Shown here piece by piece: positions 10,710 through 23,461 of a stretch of 64,000 bases of DNA. The stretch lies in NCBI GenBank assembly GCA_951406725.2, contig OX597822.1, positions 37,324,001-37,388,000 on the forward strand, given 5' to 3'. Each line of letters starts with the position of its first letter. The first letter of the stretch is position 1. The position numbers and the translations under genes are program-made. The DNA comes from Octopus vulgaris (lineage: Eukaryota). The notes below the pieces were generated by a model. It had not been told where the DNA came from, did not search any database, and saw nothing but the letters and a program-made list of their open reading frames with translations.

Positions 10710-12830
10710 CACTGAATAGTACCACATTTTGAAGGGAATTATGGAGATTGTGTATGTTAGATTTCAAACATCATCATCGTTTAACGTCCGCTTTCCATGC
10801 TTTCATGCTCATGTTTTTTTGTTTTATTTTTGCTTCCAGCTAAATTTGTTCCAGTTGGCTACGGCATTAAAAAACTACAGATTACCTGTGTGGTTGAAGA
10901 TGATAAGGTGAGGAATGAGTTTGAATTTATTTTTTATTGTGTTTTTTATTATAGGACTGTTTCAGTATTTGATGGAATTGACTTCTATTTTTGTTTTATT
11001 GCCTCTCAAAAAGTATTGGGTTGTCCGGAAAGTTTGTGCCGATTTTTAAAGGAAAAGAAAAGGTCAATAAATACTTGCCATTACATTTTTAATCAACCAA
11101 ATATGAGCCATTTTGTTGCACAATAATCTCCATCTTTCCTTTGACTTGAACAGAATTGAGGTGGTTTCATGGCAAAGAATTTATCAAGGTATCTTTTTAC
11201 GTCATCCAAGGAATTGAGACTTTTACCATTAAGACCATTCTACAGAGACCCGAATAAGTGGAAATCTGAAGGAGCAATATCTGGTGAATATGGAGGGTGG
11301 GATAACACATGCCAGCTGAGCTGCAGCAATTTTTGTCTGGTTCCCAAAGCATCAAGTGCCGAAAATGAACTTTCTTATCTTCCATTTTAAAGGGTTACAG
11401 AATTAAAACAGGTTATAGGAACATAAACCTTCTTCCATGTAAAGATAGCTTAAACTGTGCTCTAAATGAAGGTGAAGTCAAATCATATTTTATGAACTCA
11501 ACCATGTTCTAAGTTGAAAGGTAAGCTACTAAAGATCAGCACGAACTTTCCGGACAACCCAATGGCTAAAAGAAATACTGACCCTCAACTAAGAAAGCTG
11601 AAACCTCTTTTGGGTTAATCCCAAATTACTGAACACAGATTAGTGGTTGCCTTTAGTTGCTTGCAAGCATTTGACCCAGACCAACAGTTCGAACTCCATT
11701 CCTGATTAATAATATTTAAAAATCTATTTTGCCTTATTTCATTATATTGAAATATTAAATGGGCACAAGTTGCTGTGTGAAAGGAAGTTACACTCACCCC
11801 TTGCCATTATCCACTCTTGCTTCTTTCCTCTCTAGTGCTGGTAATATGAGAAAATGCACCCGGTACACTTTGTAAAGTTTTTGTTTTAGAAGGGCATCTA
11901 GGCATAAAGATGCCCTTCTAAAACAAAAACTTGTCAAAAACGAAACTTACAAGATATGATCTAACCCATCCAGGAGAGCTGCAATGACTTGTCCCAGTGT
12001 AAAAAGTTGATGTAAATCAACCATGTTATTATTGTATGTTGCCTATATATGTCTATGCTGTGCCATGGATTACATATGATATCTCTCACACTTCCAAACT
12101 CACATTCAAAACTAACTAGTGCAGGTCTCATCAGGGTCATGGATTATCTCCCCTTCGAGAATGCACCAATTTGTTAATCACAGTTATCATTCTGTGACTA
12201 AAGTACGTCCTTAACCTCGAAGATGAAGTCAACTGGAATTCAATCATGTTGAACTGGCAAACAGTGTCTAGACACTGTGAAACCCACCTCAAAAGAATCA
12301 ATATCATCTTTTTCTAAGCTGTCAATGCAGGATCTCTGAGGTCAGATGCTCTTCCTGTCACCAACCCTCACCCGTTTCTTCCAAGCAAGATGTCATTTGG
12401 TCCCTTGAATAATGAACACCTCAGTGGCAGGACATGTTTTCACAGAGGGTTTAAGAAGTGACATTACTTGTATAAATGGGTGACAATTTTTGTATAATCA
12501 GTGTGTAAGTGTCAAGGAAAAGAAAGATGCACAACACACACACTACATGCTTCTTTCAGTTTCCATCTATTATTAATCCACAAGGCATTGATTGGCCTGG
12601 AGCTATAGTAGGAAACATTTTTCTACGATACTGTACAATGTAATTGAACCCCTAGTTACATGTAAAGCAAAACGCTATATTTTATAGAATTCAATGACAA
12701 TGGTTGGCTTCTCTGTATTAAGATTCCTTGTTTTTATTTCTAGGTTGGCACAGATTATCTTGACGAAGAGATTACCAAATTTGAAGACTATGTACAATCT
12801 GTAGACGTTGTTGCCTTCAATAAAATTTAA
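5351..12830 (+). CDS. EEF1B: Translation elongation factor 1-beta (eEF1B), 5'-partial; exons 5351-5473, 7601-7794, 9668-9793, 10840-10907, 12744-12830
   Basis: Spliced translation [11 protein letters not shown]...[11 protein letters not shown] / FPGVKK...[15 protein letters not shown] / [23 protein letters not shown]...GLLWGAS / [22 protein letters not shown] / [28 protein letters not shown]. All introns GT-AG with consistent phases; AATAAA at 12862-12867. First coding exon not found in the window. Confidence 0.97.
5742..6305 (+). mobile_element. Non-autonomous Helentron-type element (HINE/DINE-1-like)
   Basis: 5' TTATTACCTCTGCC...GCAGAGGTA hairpin; 3' CCTTGGCAAAGGTTTGCGCTCTCTGAGTGC; internal duplicated GTACCGGACAAGGATTCT. 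Confidence 0.6.
7601..7794 (+). CDS. EEF1B: eEF1B exon (acidic linker, [10 protein letters not shown])
   Basis: tgtcag acceptor, gtgagt donor, conserved DLFGSD motif. Confidence 0.95.
9668..9793 (+). CDS. EEF1B: eEF1B exon (GEF domain, KPWDDETD)
   Basis: ctcag acceptor, gtaagt donor, [18 protein letters not shown]. Confidence 0.96.
10840..10907 (+). CDS. EEF1B: eEF1B exon (GEF domain, [12 protein letters not shown])
   Basis: ttccag acceptor, gtgagg donor. Confidence 0.96.
11014..11563 (-). mobile_element. Internally deleted mariner element in the last eEF1B intron
   Basis: TIRs TTGGGTTGTCCGGAAAGTT / AACTTTCCGGACAACCCAA; relic [16 protein letters not shown] transposase motif on -. Confidence 0.9.
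11875..11932. repeat. Perfect 25-bp inverted repeat with 8-nt loop
   Basis: AAGTTTTTGTTTTAGAAGGGCATCT - AGGCATAA - AGATGCCCTTCTAAAACAAAAACTT. Confidence 0.95.
12744..12830 (+). CDS. EEF1B: eEF1B last coding exon ([12 protein letters not shown])
   Basis: ttctag acceptor, conserved C-terminus, TAA stop. Confidence 0.96.
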   Translation, partial: VGTDYLDEEITKFEDYVQSVDVVAFNKI

Positions 12831-15800
12831 ATTTCATCAAATCTTTAAGCAGAAACTGTGTAATAAAATATATAAAATGTGTTTATGGAGTTGTTTTTGG
12901 ATTTTTTTCTTTGGTCTTTGAGTCAGCTCTGATAGACTAGATGTTGGGGGTCAAATGTAATACATAAATGACCATCCTGTCTCTTTCCTAGTCACAGTAA
13001 ACTAAGAATTACATTACCCAATGTCTGTTTTGAAGAAGATTTGGTTATTTCTAGCCTAGTCTCTACTGTTGGGTTATTAGATGTAGTCTTGATTGAAATC
13101 TTGGTCTGTAGTAGTGAATTCTGTAGAGAGAAAGAAGTGGGTACAGCTGTTTTGAATGTCAGTGAGTTGGCACAGCTGACTGGATATCCAGCCATTTTTT
13201 TGTTTGTTTTGGCAACTACATTCGGTACTGAAGCTAAAAATAATTGCACATAGTAAAAAAACAATTGATTAATTGAATGCTTGACAAACACTTTTCCTCT
13301 TCATGTACACATAGAGAAATGTCCATACACTTGAGGGAAGGTGATAACAAAAACATTAAAATGATGGTATATTAGTCGAGCCTTGAATCAATGATGCCAA
13401 AATATCATGTTTCCATTGTTCTAATGTGTATTAGTGAATGAGTCGATCATGGGTCTGCACTTGTCTATATCAAATCTAATGTCCACTCTTAAAATATCTA
13501 TAGATCTTTGCAAAACAATCTTGTAATTCAAGGATTATAGCTTTAACAGGTGGTGTGGCTATAAGAATGATCTTACAAACTGGAGCTTTTTCTAAGTTTT
13601 ATAGTGTCTGTTCTAGCCCAGCAGTCCATACTTTTTGGCAATACACCTTCATCACATCTAACTGTAAAACTTAAATGGCTCTGTATCTAATGTTCATTAA
13701 ACAACTAAGCTGTATTACAAGATGGAACACCACTGTATTTATGCCGTTTGTTCCTTATCAAGAAAACTTGTGATCAAAAGTCATTGCTAAAATGCCTTCA
13801 AGTATAGACATTTTTTCATTTAAAATGGTAGCAGGGGAGATTCGGTTATTTCTGGTAAGGGCAAGCATCCCTATAAAGGCACTGTTGGTATTATCAAGAG
13901 ATAATATTCATAAATTTCTGAAGAATGTAATTACTTGCAGTATAAGTAAATTAGATTCTGTTGATCATTTGCTGACCCTATTGAATCCTGCCATATTCTA
14001 TCATATTTATCAAGGTAGTGGGCATAAATCAGAAGTGGAGAAGTTCAAATCTTGCTCAAGTTGTTTTTCACCTTTCTTCCGTAGTTGATGTAATTATGCT
14101 GCAATCAAGTCCTGCTGTAGACTAAATTAACAACTCCTTCTAAAAATGTTCCTTGTGCCTAAGAAATTAATATTGCAGTCATGGTTCTGAGGACCTGAGT
14201 CTTGATACTGATATTCCTTTTAGTTCTTTATAGTCACATAAATATTAGCTAAATTTCAAGACACTAACAAAATAACTGCTTTAAATTTTGTTCAAGCTAT
14301 CCTAGACTTGTTCATAAAACCTTGTATTTTATGGAAAATCCTTCACTTCGTTTTGTCATTAGTCCCACATAAGCTCTTAAAAAAACATTCCAGCTTATCA
14401 TTTCGAACATTGGGCCTCAGAGGCAATGACAGGAGACTGAGTGGCAACTAAAGTGAGATTGCAACCATGCACATCCAACCCTGGTAATACTCCTGATGCA
14501 TCGTGCAATATATGCATGAGAAGACCTGTTGAGTCAAAACCAGTGTCATAGCTGGGGCAGGTGAGCCCGTGCTGGTGGCACGTAAAAAGCACCAACTGAT
14601 CGTGTCCGACACCAGTACCCCATGACTAGCTCCTGTGCCAGTGACATGTAAAAAGCACCATCCGAACGCGATCGGCGCCAGGCCCGCTTCACTGGCTCTT
14701 GTGCCAGTGACACGTAAAAAGCATCCACTGGCGTTACGAAGGGCATCCAGCTGCAGAAACTACCAGACCAAATTGGAACCTGGCTCTCCTGACCTCTCAA
14801 ACCCATGCCAGCATGGAAAACGGACGTTAATCGGTGAGAATTTGGCTTTTATGCTTTGAAGGTTAGATCACTTTAGCTGATCGAGATTCACACAGCACTG
14901 CTGTGTTCCTCTAATGAAACATTCTGGGTAGCCTGGGGCTTATATAATACGCTAAATTTGCACTATTGTACCGACTTAGGACTGTACTATGATCAGTGTA
15001 CAGTGTTTGATACATTACCTTACTGCAAGGGAATTTTTAAGTAAGATCATTCACCTTGCTAGAATTAGCAGCTAAATTACGCCTTACAGGGTTAAAACAA
15101 ATTAAGGAAATTTCACATGGAATGTTAGCTTGGGTCCACTCGTCTGAGTACTCTGTATATCAGGAGACATTGAGTTATGCCCCTTTAATCAAATACATTA
15201 CAATTAATTTTTATCGTTTCCAGCTATTTGTTCGTGTAAATGATGTGAAAGGGGGAGATCTATTATTAGCACTGACGTGCGAAAGGAATAAGAGTATTCT
15301 GTTGCTTTTGTCATTCTTGATAATAACGTCTGTTGAAATATTGTGGCTGTCATATCTATGAAAGCAGTTTCGCTCTCACCACTGTCAATGTGTTTTCTCT
15401 TGAAGCACAACACAGATTGACGGCAGAAAAATAAGACATCGTGGTTTGCTAAAAGGAAACTGAATGGTTAGCAAAGGAATAACGGCATCGAGTGGGTAGC
15501 GGAAGAAAGGGAACCAGTGGCGGATTAAATATAGATAGAAAGAGAAAAAAAAAAAGCGACATGGGGCTTTTAGACGAAAGTCGACATTGAGGGATTAATA
15601 AGAGAGTGACATGCCACAAATGATAGTTCAGTCTCCAAACTCCTTCCTACTTTATAATAAAGTACACATTCGATAATGCAGCAATGTACAAACTGCATGA
15701 ATGTTAATCTAAATGGTAAGATATTTAGGTTCTAAGAAAAATAGTTGGCACATCAGGCGGCAAAGGTCTTCATATTCCAACTAATTTTACAGATGTGGGT

Positions 15801-17849
15801 GGGTGGGAGATTAACAGACTAAGAATGTAGAAAGTCAAGGCTTCATATTTAGAAATAAGGTTTAAGGAACACTGCTAAAATGTGTAGTAATAAAAGGTTA
15901 GAGTGGCCAATACATCACCAGAAATCAATAAGCACTAGAGAAGTCCTCATCCTCTTATGAATCAACAAGGACTAAAAAGGTGTTGGGTGGAGGGCGCAAC
16001 CAATTCTGTATAAAAGGAAGAGTAAAACTAAGATAGCAGAATCTGCAACTCCTCACTTACCCTACGAAACAAGGTTTCAAAATCATGGCCTGAAAATACA
16101 GATAGTACTCTGACCAAATTTTATTTAATATGAAACTTTGCTCAAATCTTAGCTTCTAGTTTAAAAAAATAGAACCAGAGAAAAGCTAAGCAACAATCTA
16201 GCAAGACATTATTACAAAGATGTTAAAATCCTAGTAAACTAGTAATTTAATGATGTGAAAAGTTAACCAAATGTAAAATACTGTGAAGATACAGTTCATT
16301 AACTAAAAACTAGTTTATATATATATATTCATTATATATACAAGCCTATATTTGAAAGGAAATAGAACCAGGATAAGAATTATATGGTAGCATCCAGAAT
16401 TATTTAGACAACTCAAACACGATAATGGTCTTAACATACACTATTTTTTTTAAGAAAAAAGGACATCCAGCAGGAGTTCCATTTTTTTTTTTGTTTCTTT
16501 TTAATGTAATCATGCCCATCCCCTATGTGTTTTGCTTACAAAAAGTAAAATAAAATATGAAATTGAGCCAATTTGCAGCAAGTTTGTGTGTAAAAGTCAC
16601 GACTGTGGCGTTGTCTCAGACATGTGTAGCCTGCAAGTTAATTTAAAAAAAAAATTTTTTTAAATTAAAAAATCAGAATAAGAAAGCCATACTTCTCAGT
16701 GAAGTCTCTAAAATTCATTTTATGTCCCAGACAACACTTCATTAGTTGAAGCAACTCTTCTCACCAAAGTTCCTCCTGCAACATGGAAATACTTCTGATA
16801 TGTTAGTGCTAGTCTACAAACTGCGTAGGCATTTTTGTCTGCTAGACAAATTTAAAATATAGAATTGTGTAGAGCTAAAATGCAAAAGGGGGTACTGGCT
16901 CTTTTGAGATATATATATATATATATATATATAAAGATTTATTAAAGCAACGGGGGGGGGGTTACAAGGAAGGGGAATGATAGACTGCAATGGGGATTTT
17001 AGAAAGACTATTTCTGCTGCAATATATGTTATACTAAGAACGGACAGAATAGAGGCAATTAACTTCGTCTATCAACTACATCTAGCAGACAATGAAGTCT
17101 CAAATTTTGTTCTCTATAAAAAATGAGATAAATATTTACAAAAAAAATTTACGAAAATTTTGCAAGAACTAAACATTTAGGATTGAGTCAGGAATTATTC
17201 AGTTTTGAAATATTTATTAGAAAATAGTCATGAGAGTGGGGAAAGAAAAAAGAAATCAACAGGTCTTGAAAAGCCTGACTGAATTCAATGTAGTAGGGAT
17301 AAAAGAAAACAGTGCGAGGGCGATGACAAAAATTATCAAGATATACATTAAAATATATTAGATGAAAAAAAAATAATAAAGTCTAAAATACATAATTTCA
17401 AACAGGAATTGGATGTGGTGTATATATAATTTCAATAAAACAAGAGACAGTGATAGGGACAAATCAATATCAGCTTTAATACAGAAAATATAGAGATGAG
17501 GTTGCAGGATCGAATTTTCAATGAATGAAAAAAAAATTAGAATCAAACAAAATCTCTAAGTAAAATGAAAGACAAAGTCAGGCAGTTTTAAATTACTGGA
17601 AAATTGAAAATATTTGGAAGAAAAATATGAGAAAGGGGAGTCCTTAGTTGCCAAAGCAAGGATATTTACACTTGCCTTGAATGAAATACAGGAGGACGAT
17701 ATATGAATGACATAGGTGAAAGGGATATTTCCGTAACCGTTTGTGTTGTAATAATAAACATAATAGGTGGTGATTCTGAAAGGATTTTTTTTTTTTTCCT
17801 TAATTTCTCGGCCGAAAATTAGCAGCAAAGAGGTTTTGGTCTTCTCTGG

Positions 17850-18218
17850 TTACTTGCTACTGGTATATTTGGTAACAGCCTTGGTACCTTCCGATACAGC
17901 ATGTTTAGCCAGTTCACCTGGAAGAAGAAGACGGACAGCAGTCTGCACCTCACGGCTACTAATGGTCGAACGTTTGTTGTAGTGAGCCAAGCGGCTGGAT
18001 TCGGCAGCGATCCTCTCGAACAAGTCGTTAACGAAGCTGTTCATAATGGACATCGCCTTACTGGAGATACCCGTGTCCGGGTGCACTTGCTTCATGACTT
18101 TATAAATGTAGATGGAATAACTTTCTTTTCGCTTTCTTTTTGTCTTCTTGTCGCCGGAGCGTGAGGATTTGGCCTTGGTTGCTTTCTTGGCACCTTTAGA
18201 GCTGATTTCAGACGGCAT
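17850..18218 (-). CDS. H2B: Histone H2B, intronless and solitary (122 aa)
   Basis: Intact ORF with [27 protein letters not shown]...[26 protein letters not shown]. Confidence 0.99.
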   Translation of the reverse strand: MPSEISSKGAKKATKAKSSRSGDKKTKRKRKESYSIYIYKVMKQVHPDTGISSKAMSIMNSFVNDLFERIAAESSRLAHYNKRSTISSREVQTAVRLLLPGELAKHAVSEGTKAVTKYTSSK

Positions 18219-18266
18219 ATTGTTTTAGCAGTTCTATAGCTGAAGGGTCACACAGCTCTACTAATA

Positions 18267-18417
18267 TTTATAAGAACGACTTACTCCGCCTTGCTTATTC
18301 ATAATCTAATTAGCATGATTTCTCATAGTTTTCGTTTAGTCTGGCAGTTTGTTATGAATTAGTTACGTCTGTTGCAGAGTTACGTTCATTGTTATTGGTC
18401 AGTCTTGTATGACGTCA
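18267..18417 (-). promoter_or_regulatory. H2B proximal promoter: TATA, octamer-like, CCAAT and CRE motifs
   Basis: TATAAA on - at 18267-18272; ATTAGCAT 18309-18316 (one mismatch to octamer ATTTGCAT); ATTGG 18394-18398; TGACGTCA 18410-18417. Confidence 0.6.
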
Positions 18418-20069
18418 CCACGTGGGTTGTCTCATTTGGAGATACACTGCTTAGTGCCGTCTTCCAAATATTGGCGGCGGCCACAGCTCTGTTTTATTAC
18501 ATCTTTTTTTCTAGAATCTACTATTGTTGTTTAACCCCGAGTTAGACTTTAGCGAGCAAACCAACGATCGAAGGTGTCGAAACCGTTATTATCTCATCAT
18601 GCAGCGCACTGAATTGTACTTCTGCTAGAATTTTGACTGCTGCTTCGACCGGCCTCATGTACAACTCCCTCGTTGGTTCCATATATTGTGGTGTATGCTT
18701 TGTTGCTGTCTTCTCTCCATAAAGAACAAATATTTTCTTGTCCCCTGCATACATTCAACTACCCTATACAACACCTTCACCGCCCATTCTATATAATGTA
18801 CAGACTCCAATAACATTTGACGTATGAGGTGAGAAGGGTGTGGGTTAATGAGTGCAGACAAATGGTCGTGTTTAATATAATTAAGAAGTTTTCTTAAGCT
18901 TGCCAAACATTATGGTGACTCATTAATACAGTTTTAGGAGAGGGGTTAAAAAGTTCATAAAAATCAAATATTTCAGAGGGAAGATATTAGAAGGTTCAAT
19001 GCCCCACAGTAACTTTTCAGAGACTAGTCTGTACGCTGTCCCCATCAGCGTGCTAACGTCCACTTTTTCATGCTTGCATTGGTCAGACAGAATTTGTTGA
19101 GAAAGATTTTCTACAGCCAGATACGTTTTCTTCCAACATTTTGACGTAAACTATTAGGGAAGCATTTGTATCTGCCCATCTTGAAATGTCACGACTTTCT
19201 TTCCAACCCAGATATACATACATACGTGCTTGCATGGTCGAAGTCAACATGATTAAGACCAATCCCAAACTCATTAAATCCGTGCAAAGGTTCCGAGTGT
19301 CCAAGAAGTTCCTGCAAGAGAATTTGTTTTGAGTGGATAGTGTTGCACAGTATTGAACCCACTTTTAATTACAATAAACAATGACAGCAGTAGCACAACA
19401 GAGGTTGAGGCAACCAAAATTCAACTGCACTTCAGGTTGTTTTCATATAAGTTTACCTTCTAGAAGGAAGTTTTAATGAGAACATATTTACACACACTCA
19501 CATACACACACAAATGGAAGAGTTTCCATTTACCATTCAATTTCTTTCTGCTGAATTCACTTGCAGTGCATTGGATGCCCCAGAGGATGTAGTGGAGAAC
19601 ACTTGGGATAACACTTACCCAGGGTGTCATGAGTGAGACTTAACCCAAAACCATTTAGTTGCAGAGCAAGTTTCTGAACCACACTGCCATGCCAGCACCT
19701 ATACATAGGTGCAGAGTTTGGTCTCATCCTGGCCCCATCTTCTGCTTTGGCCCTGGGCTGAACAGGGCCTTGTGGGTGGATTTGGTGGATGGAGGCCCGC
19801 AGGTCATATGTGTATGCCTTTGGGTGGACCCTTGTCTAGACATCACCTGATGGTGGGAAATGATTATCATTGTCATACAAGCAAGGGCAGTTATTTATTT
19901 ATTTCCAGTCTTCCATGACAAATATGTCTGGTCACGGGGAAATATTACCTTGTTTGGAAAAAGCTGAGGATGGGTAACAGGAAGGGCATCTGGCTATAGA
20001 AAATCTGTTTCCACAATTCTGAGTCATGCAATCATGGAAAAGTGATTGTTTAATGATTATATATATATA

Positions 20070-20467
20070 CTAGCAGTATCGCCCGGCGTTGCTCGGGTTT
20101 GTAAGGGAAATAACTATATAAGCATTTTTAGAGAGTTATAGCCAAAAAGTAGCAAAAAAATGCATCAAAAATGGAAAAAAAATGATGGTAAATTTTTTTT
20201 TAAATCGTTGACTCATCGTAGACATTTTTAGAGAGTTACTTCCCTTATATAATAGCGAAAAAATGCATTAAAATGGAAAAAAATGATGGTAAATTATTTT
20301 TTAAATCGTAGACTCATCGTAGACATGCGCTAATACCCAGAAGGGCTCGATATGAATCACGACTATAAGATACCCGGTTTTGGTTAAACTGCACCGCAAA
20401 ATGTGGGAGTAGTTAGGAATCTAAATCATAGGAGACAGACACACAACCTCTCTTTTATATATAAAGA
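20070..20467 (-). mobile_element. Non-autonomous Helitron
   Basis: On -: 5' TC start, 3' hairpin CCCGAGCAACGCCGGG then CTAG; inserted between A and T in a (TA)n tract; internal duplication of about 110 bp. Confidence 0.85.
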
Positions 20468-22220
20468 TATATATATATATATAGCTGAACCAATATAACA
20501 TAGGATAAATATAGTAATAATAATAATAATCCAAAGATGGAATTTCATAAATATTTTAATGCATCGTTACACACATTTCCAGTAATATATATAATTATAG
20601 ATTATAATATAAATATATATATTTTTGAATTATAATTCGTAATTGTATTTAGAATTATGAGATGGATGTCATTAATGTTTTCCTTGAACCTTTCTAAATC
20701 AATACTTGCAGAAAAGATATTTTTTCACATTTTACTGGTTTCAGTGAAGGCACATGGCTCAGTGGTTAGAGCATTGAGCTTACGATCGTGAGGTTGTGAG
20801 TTTGAATCCTGGACTGGGCTTTATGTTGAGTTCTTGAGCAAGACACTTTATTTCATGTTGCTCCAGTTCACTCAGAAATGAGTTGCAACATCACTGGTGC
20901 CAAGCTGTATCAACCATTGCCTTTCCCTTGGATGACATCGGTGGCATGGAGAGAGGAGGCTGGTATGCATGGGCGACTGCTGGTCTTCCATAAACAACCT
21001 TGCCCAGACTTGTGCCTGGGAGGGTAACTTTCTAAGTGCAATCCTATGGTCAGTCATGACTGAAAGGGAGGTTTCAGCAACTTGTTTCAGTCTTATACTG
21101 CAGCCATGCTGGAGCACTGCCTTGAAGATATTTTAGTCAAACGAATCGACTCCAGTACTTGTTTTTTAAAGTAGATCTGGTACTTATTTTATTGATCTGT
21201 TTTGTTGAACTGCTAAGTTACAGGGACATAAAAATACAAACACCAGTTGTCAAGCAGTGGTGTAGAACAAAGACACACACAATGGGCTTCTTTCTGTTTC
21301 CATCTACTGAATCCACACACAAGGCTACAGTGGAAGACACTTGCTCAAGGTGTCATGCCGAGAGATTGAACCTGGAACAGTGTGGTTGGGAAGCAAACTT
21401 CCTACCACAACAGCCATGCCTAAACAGTATGGGAATTCCAGAGAGGAGAAATTCTGGGAAGGAAGGACATGGTATAATGATTAGTGCAGGACTTGTGGGA
21501 CTGGAAACAAGGATGATGAGGGGAGGAGAGACAAATAGGAGAGCAATGTCCTTGGAGCTGAGCTAGTTCTAAGGAAGAGAGGTTATTACAGTAGCAATAG
21601 AAAAGTCATAGAGGAGAAAGCTACCCTGGGGTGTGTCTGATACTTTATGCTAATCAAATGTGTAGAGTAAATCTATTCATGCTGACAGCTTAACACGGCA
21701 TGTTGAACCATCGAGAGAGTTTCTATGTAATCATTTATCTCCTGCTAAAAATATCAACTAGATATCCTTCAAACCACATTCTACCATCTTAAATTAAGAC
21801 AGGATAGTCATGGTTGGAGTGCTTTTGGTTGTAGGTCAGCTGGATCAGGGCTGACTTGGAGCTAAGCAACAACACAGAGATCTTACTTGGAAATCAAAAT
21901 AACTTCAGCACTAAAACATCCAATAACATTCATTGCTCTCAATGTTTGCATAAAAATTTACTGGTCACAGAACTTTTCAATCACATGACAGGCTGTGTGG
22001 TTAAGAAGTTCAATCTTACTGAGAGACTTTAAGAAACCTACTTCTATCATTTCCTCATTGACAAATGCCTTGTGAATGAAATTTTGGTTGACAGAAACTT
22101 TTCAGAAATTTGTTGTATTAACATGTTAACTGCCAAACTGTTGCTGGAACTTAATGGTGATGCACATATTTCCGATCACATAATGATCAGGAAATGTAAT
22201 GTTTCTGCATTTTTATAATA

Positions 22221-22697
22221 CAGTAATCCCTCGACAATCGCAGGTATTATGTTCCAAAACCCCCTGTGATAGGTGAAAGTAGAAACAGTACTGTATATTT
22301 TTATAACATGTATCATCATCATAATCATTTAATGTCCTCTTTCCATGCTGGCATGGGTTGGACAGTTTGACTGAGGACTGGCAAGCCAGGAGGCTGCATT
22401 AGGCTCCAATTTGATTTGGCAATGTTTCTACAGCTGGATGCCTTCCTAATGCCAACTATCCCAAGAGTGTATTGGGTGCTTTTTACATGCCACCAGCATG
22501 GGGGCTAGGCAGGCAGTACTGGCATCGACCATGCTCAAATGGTGCTTTCTACATGCCACTGGCATGGGAGCCAGTCAAGGGGAAGTGGCAACGACCGTGC
22601 TTGAATGATGCTTTGCAAAACAACACTACAGAGGAATTGATGTAAGCTTAAATAATAAACCATGATTGGTGAACCGCAATACAGCGAGAGATTACTG
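22221..22697. mobile_element. Tc1/pogo-type MITE with nested RTE-tail repeat
   Basis: TA|CAGTAATCCCTCG...CGAGAGATTACTG|TA; insert at about 22315-22615; same family as 38780-39002. Confidence 0.75.
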
Positions 22698-23461
22698 TAT
22701 TTCATAATTAAGTGTTATGGCAGAAATTGTTTTGTATGCAATATTATGATGATGTCATAATCAGCAGTTGTGACGATAAAAATTGGTTGTTATTATTGCA
22801 TGTTGTAAGATGTGAAAGATGGACAATGCATGAAGTTTTAAGAAAGTATTTATTTACCATTACGTTACAATACCTTGCCTCGACGGGCAGGTTATGATAA
22901 ATCCAAAAGCATGCGAAGTAAAGTTTGTGTTTATGTCCTCTTCATTGTTTAGTAGTAGTAAATACAGAGAGATAGAATGATGTCAGAGAACAGAATTAGA
23001 ACAAGTGAAAGTTGTAGGGTGTGAGACATTGTCTCACAGTTGCTGACAGTAAACTTCATTTCTCTCACTGACCATTATCTTTAGTAGCTGCATTCCTTGT
23101 GATCATGATTCTCGCAGTCCATTCCCTAACTAATTGAGTCGTCATGATGTAACTAACCGATTTTTGCTTGAGGTATTCTGGCTTATATAACTATCCAGAA
23201 GTATAGATATATCATTGAGAACTAGATTTAGTTGGTGGTCTTGTTATCTCTATTCTAGCTTTTGGTGAAGTAGAAGAGGTTAGAAAGGGTCAAGTGGTGA
23301 AGACATAATTTCGGCCTAGCTAAAGGCATCTGGAAAATGTAAAACTGCTGTCAGAGAAAAACCATTGTTCCACCGTGGGAACAGTTCTGTTGCAGTGTTA
23401 ATTTAAAAATGGCTATGGTGGATCAAATCCACTACATAAGCTTTAATTAGCACTCAAGTTA

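Noticed and set aside
16638-16670. AT-only palindrome (also at about 47715-47770)
   Set aside because: Low-complexity poly-A/poly-T juxtaposition, expected by chance or at an inversion junction.
17767-18164. Plus-strand ORFs overlapping H2B
   Set aside because: Antisense shadows of the histone ORF with no independent coding signal.
18480-18900. Divergent H2A partner of H2B
   Set aside because: No histone-like translation in any frame.
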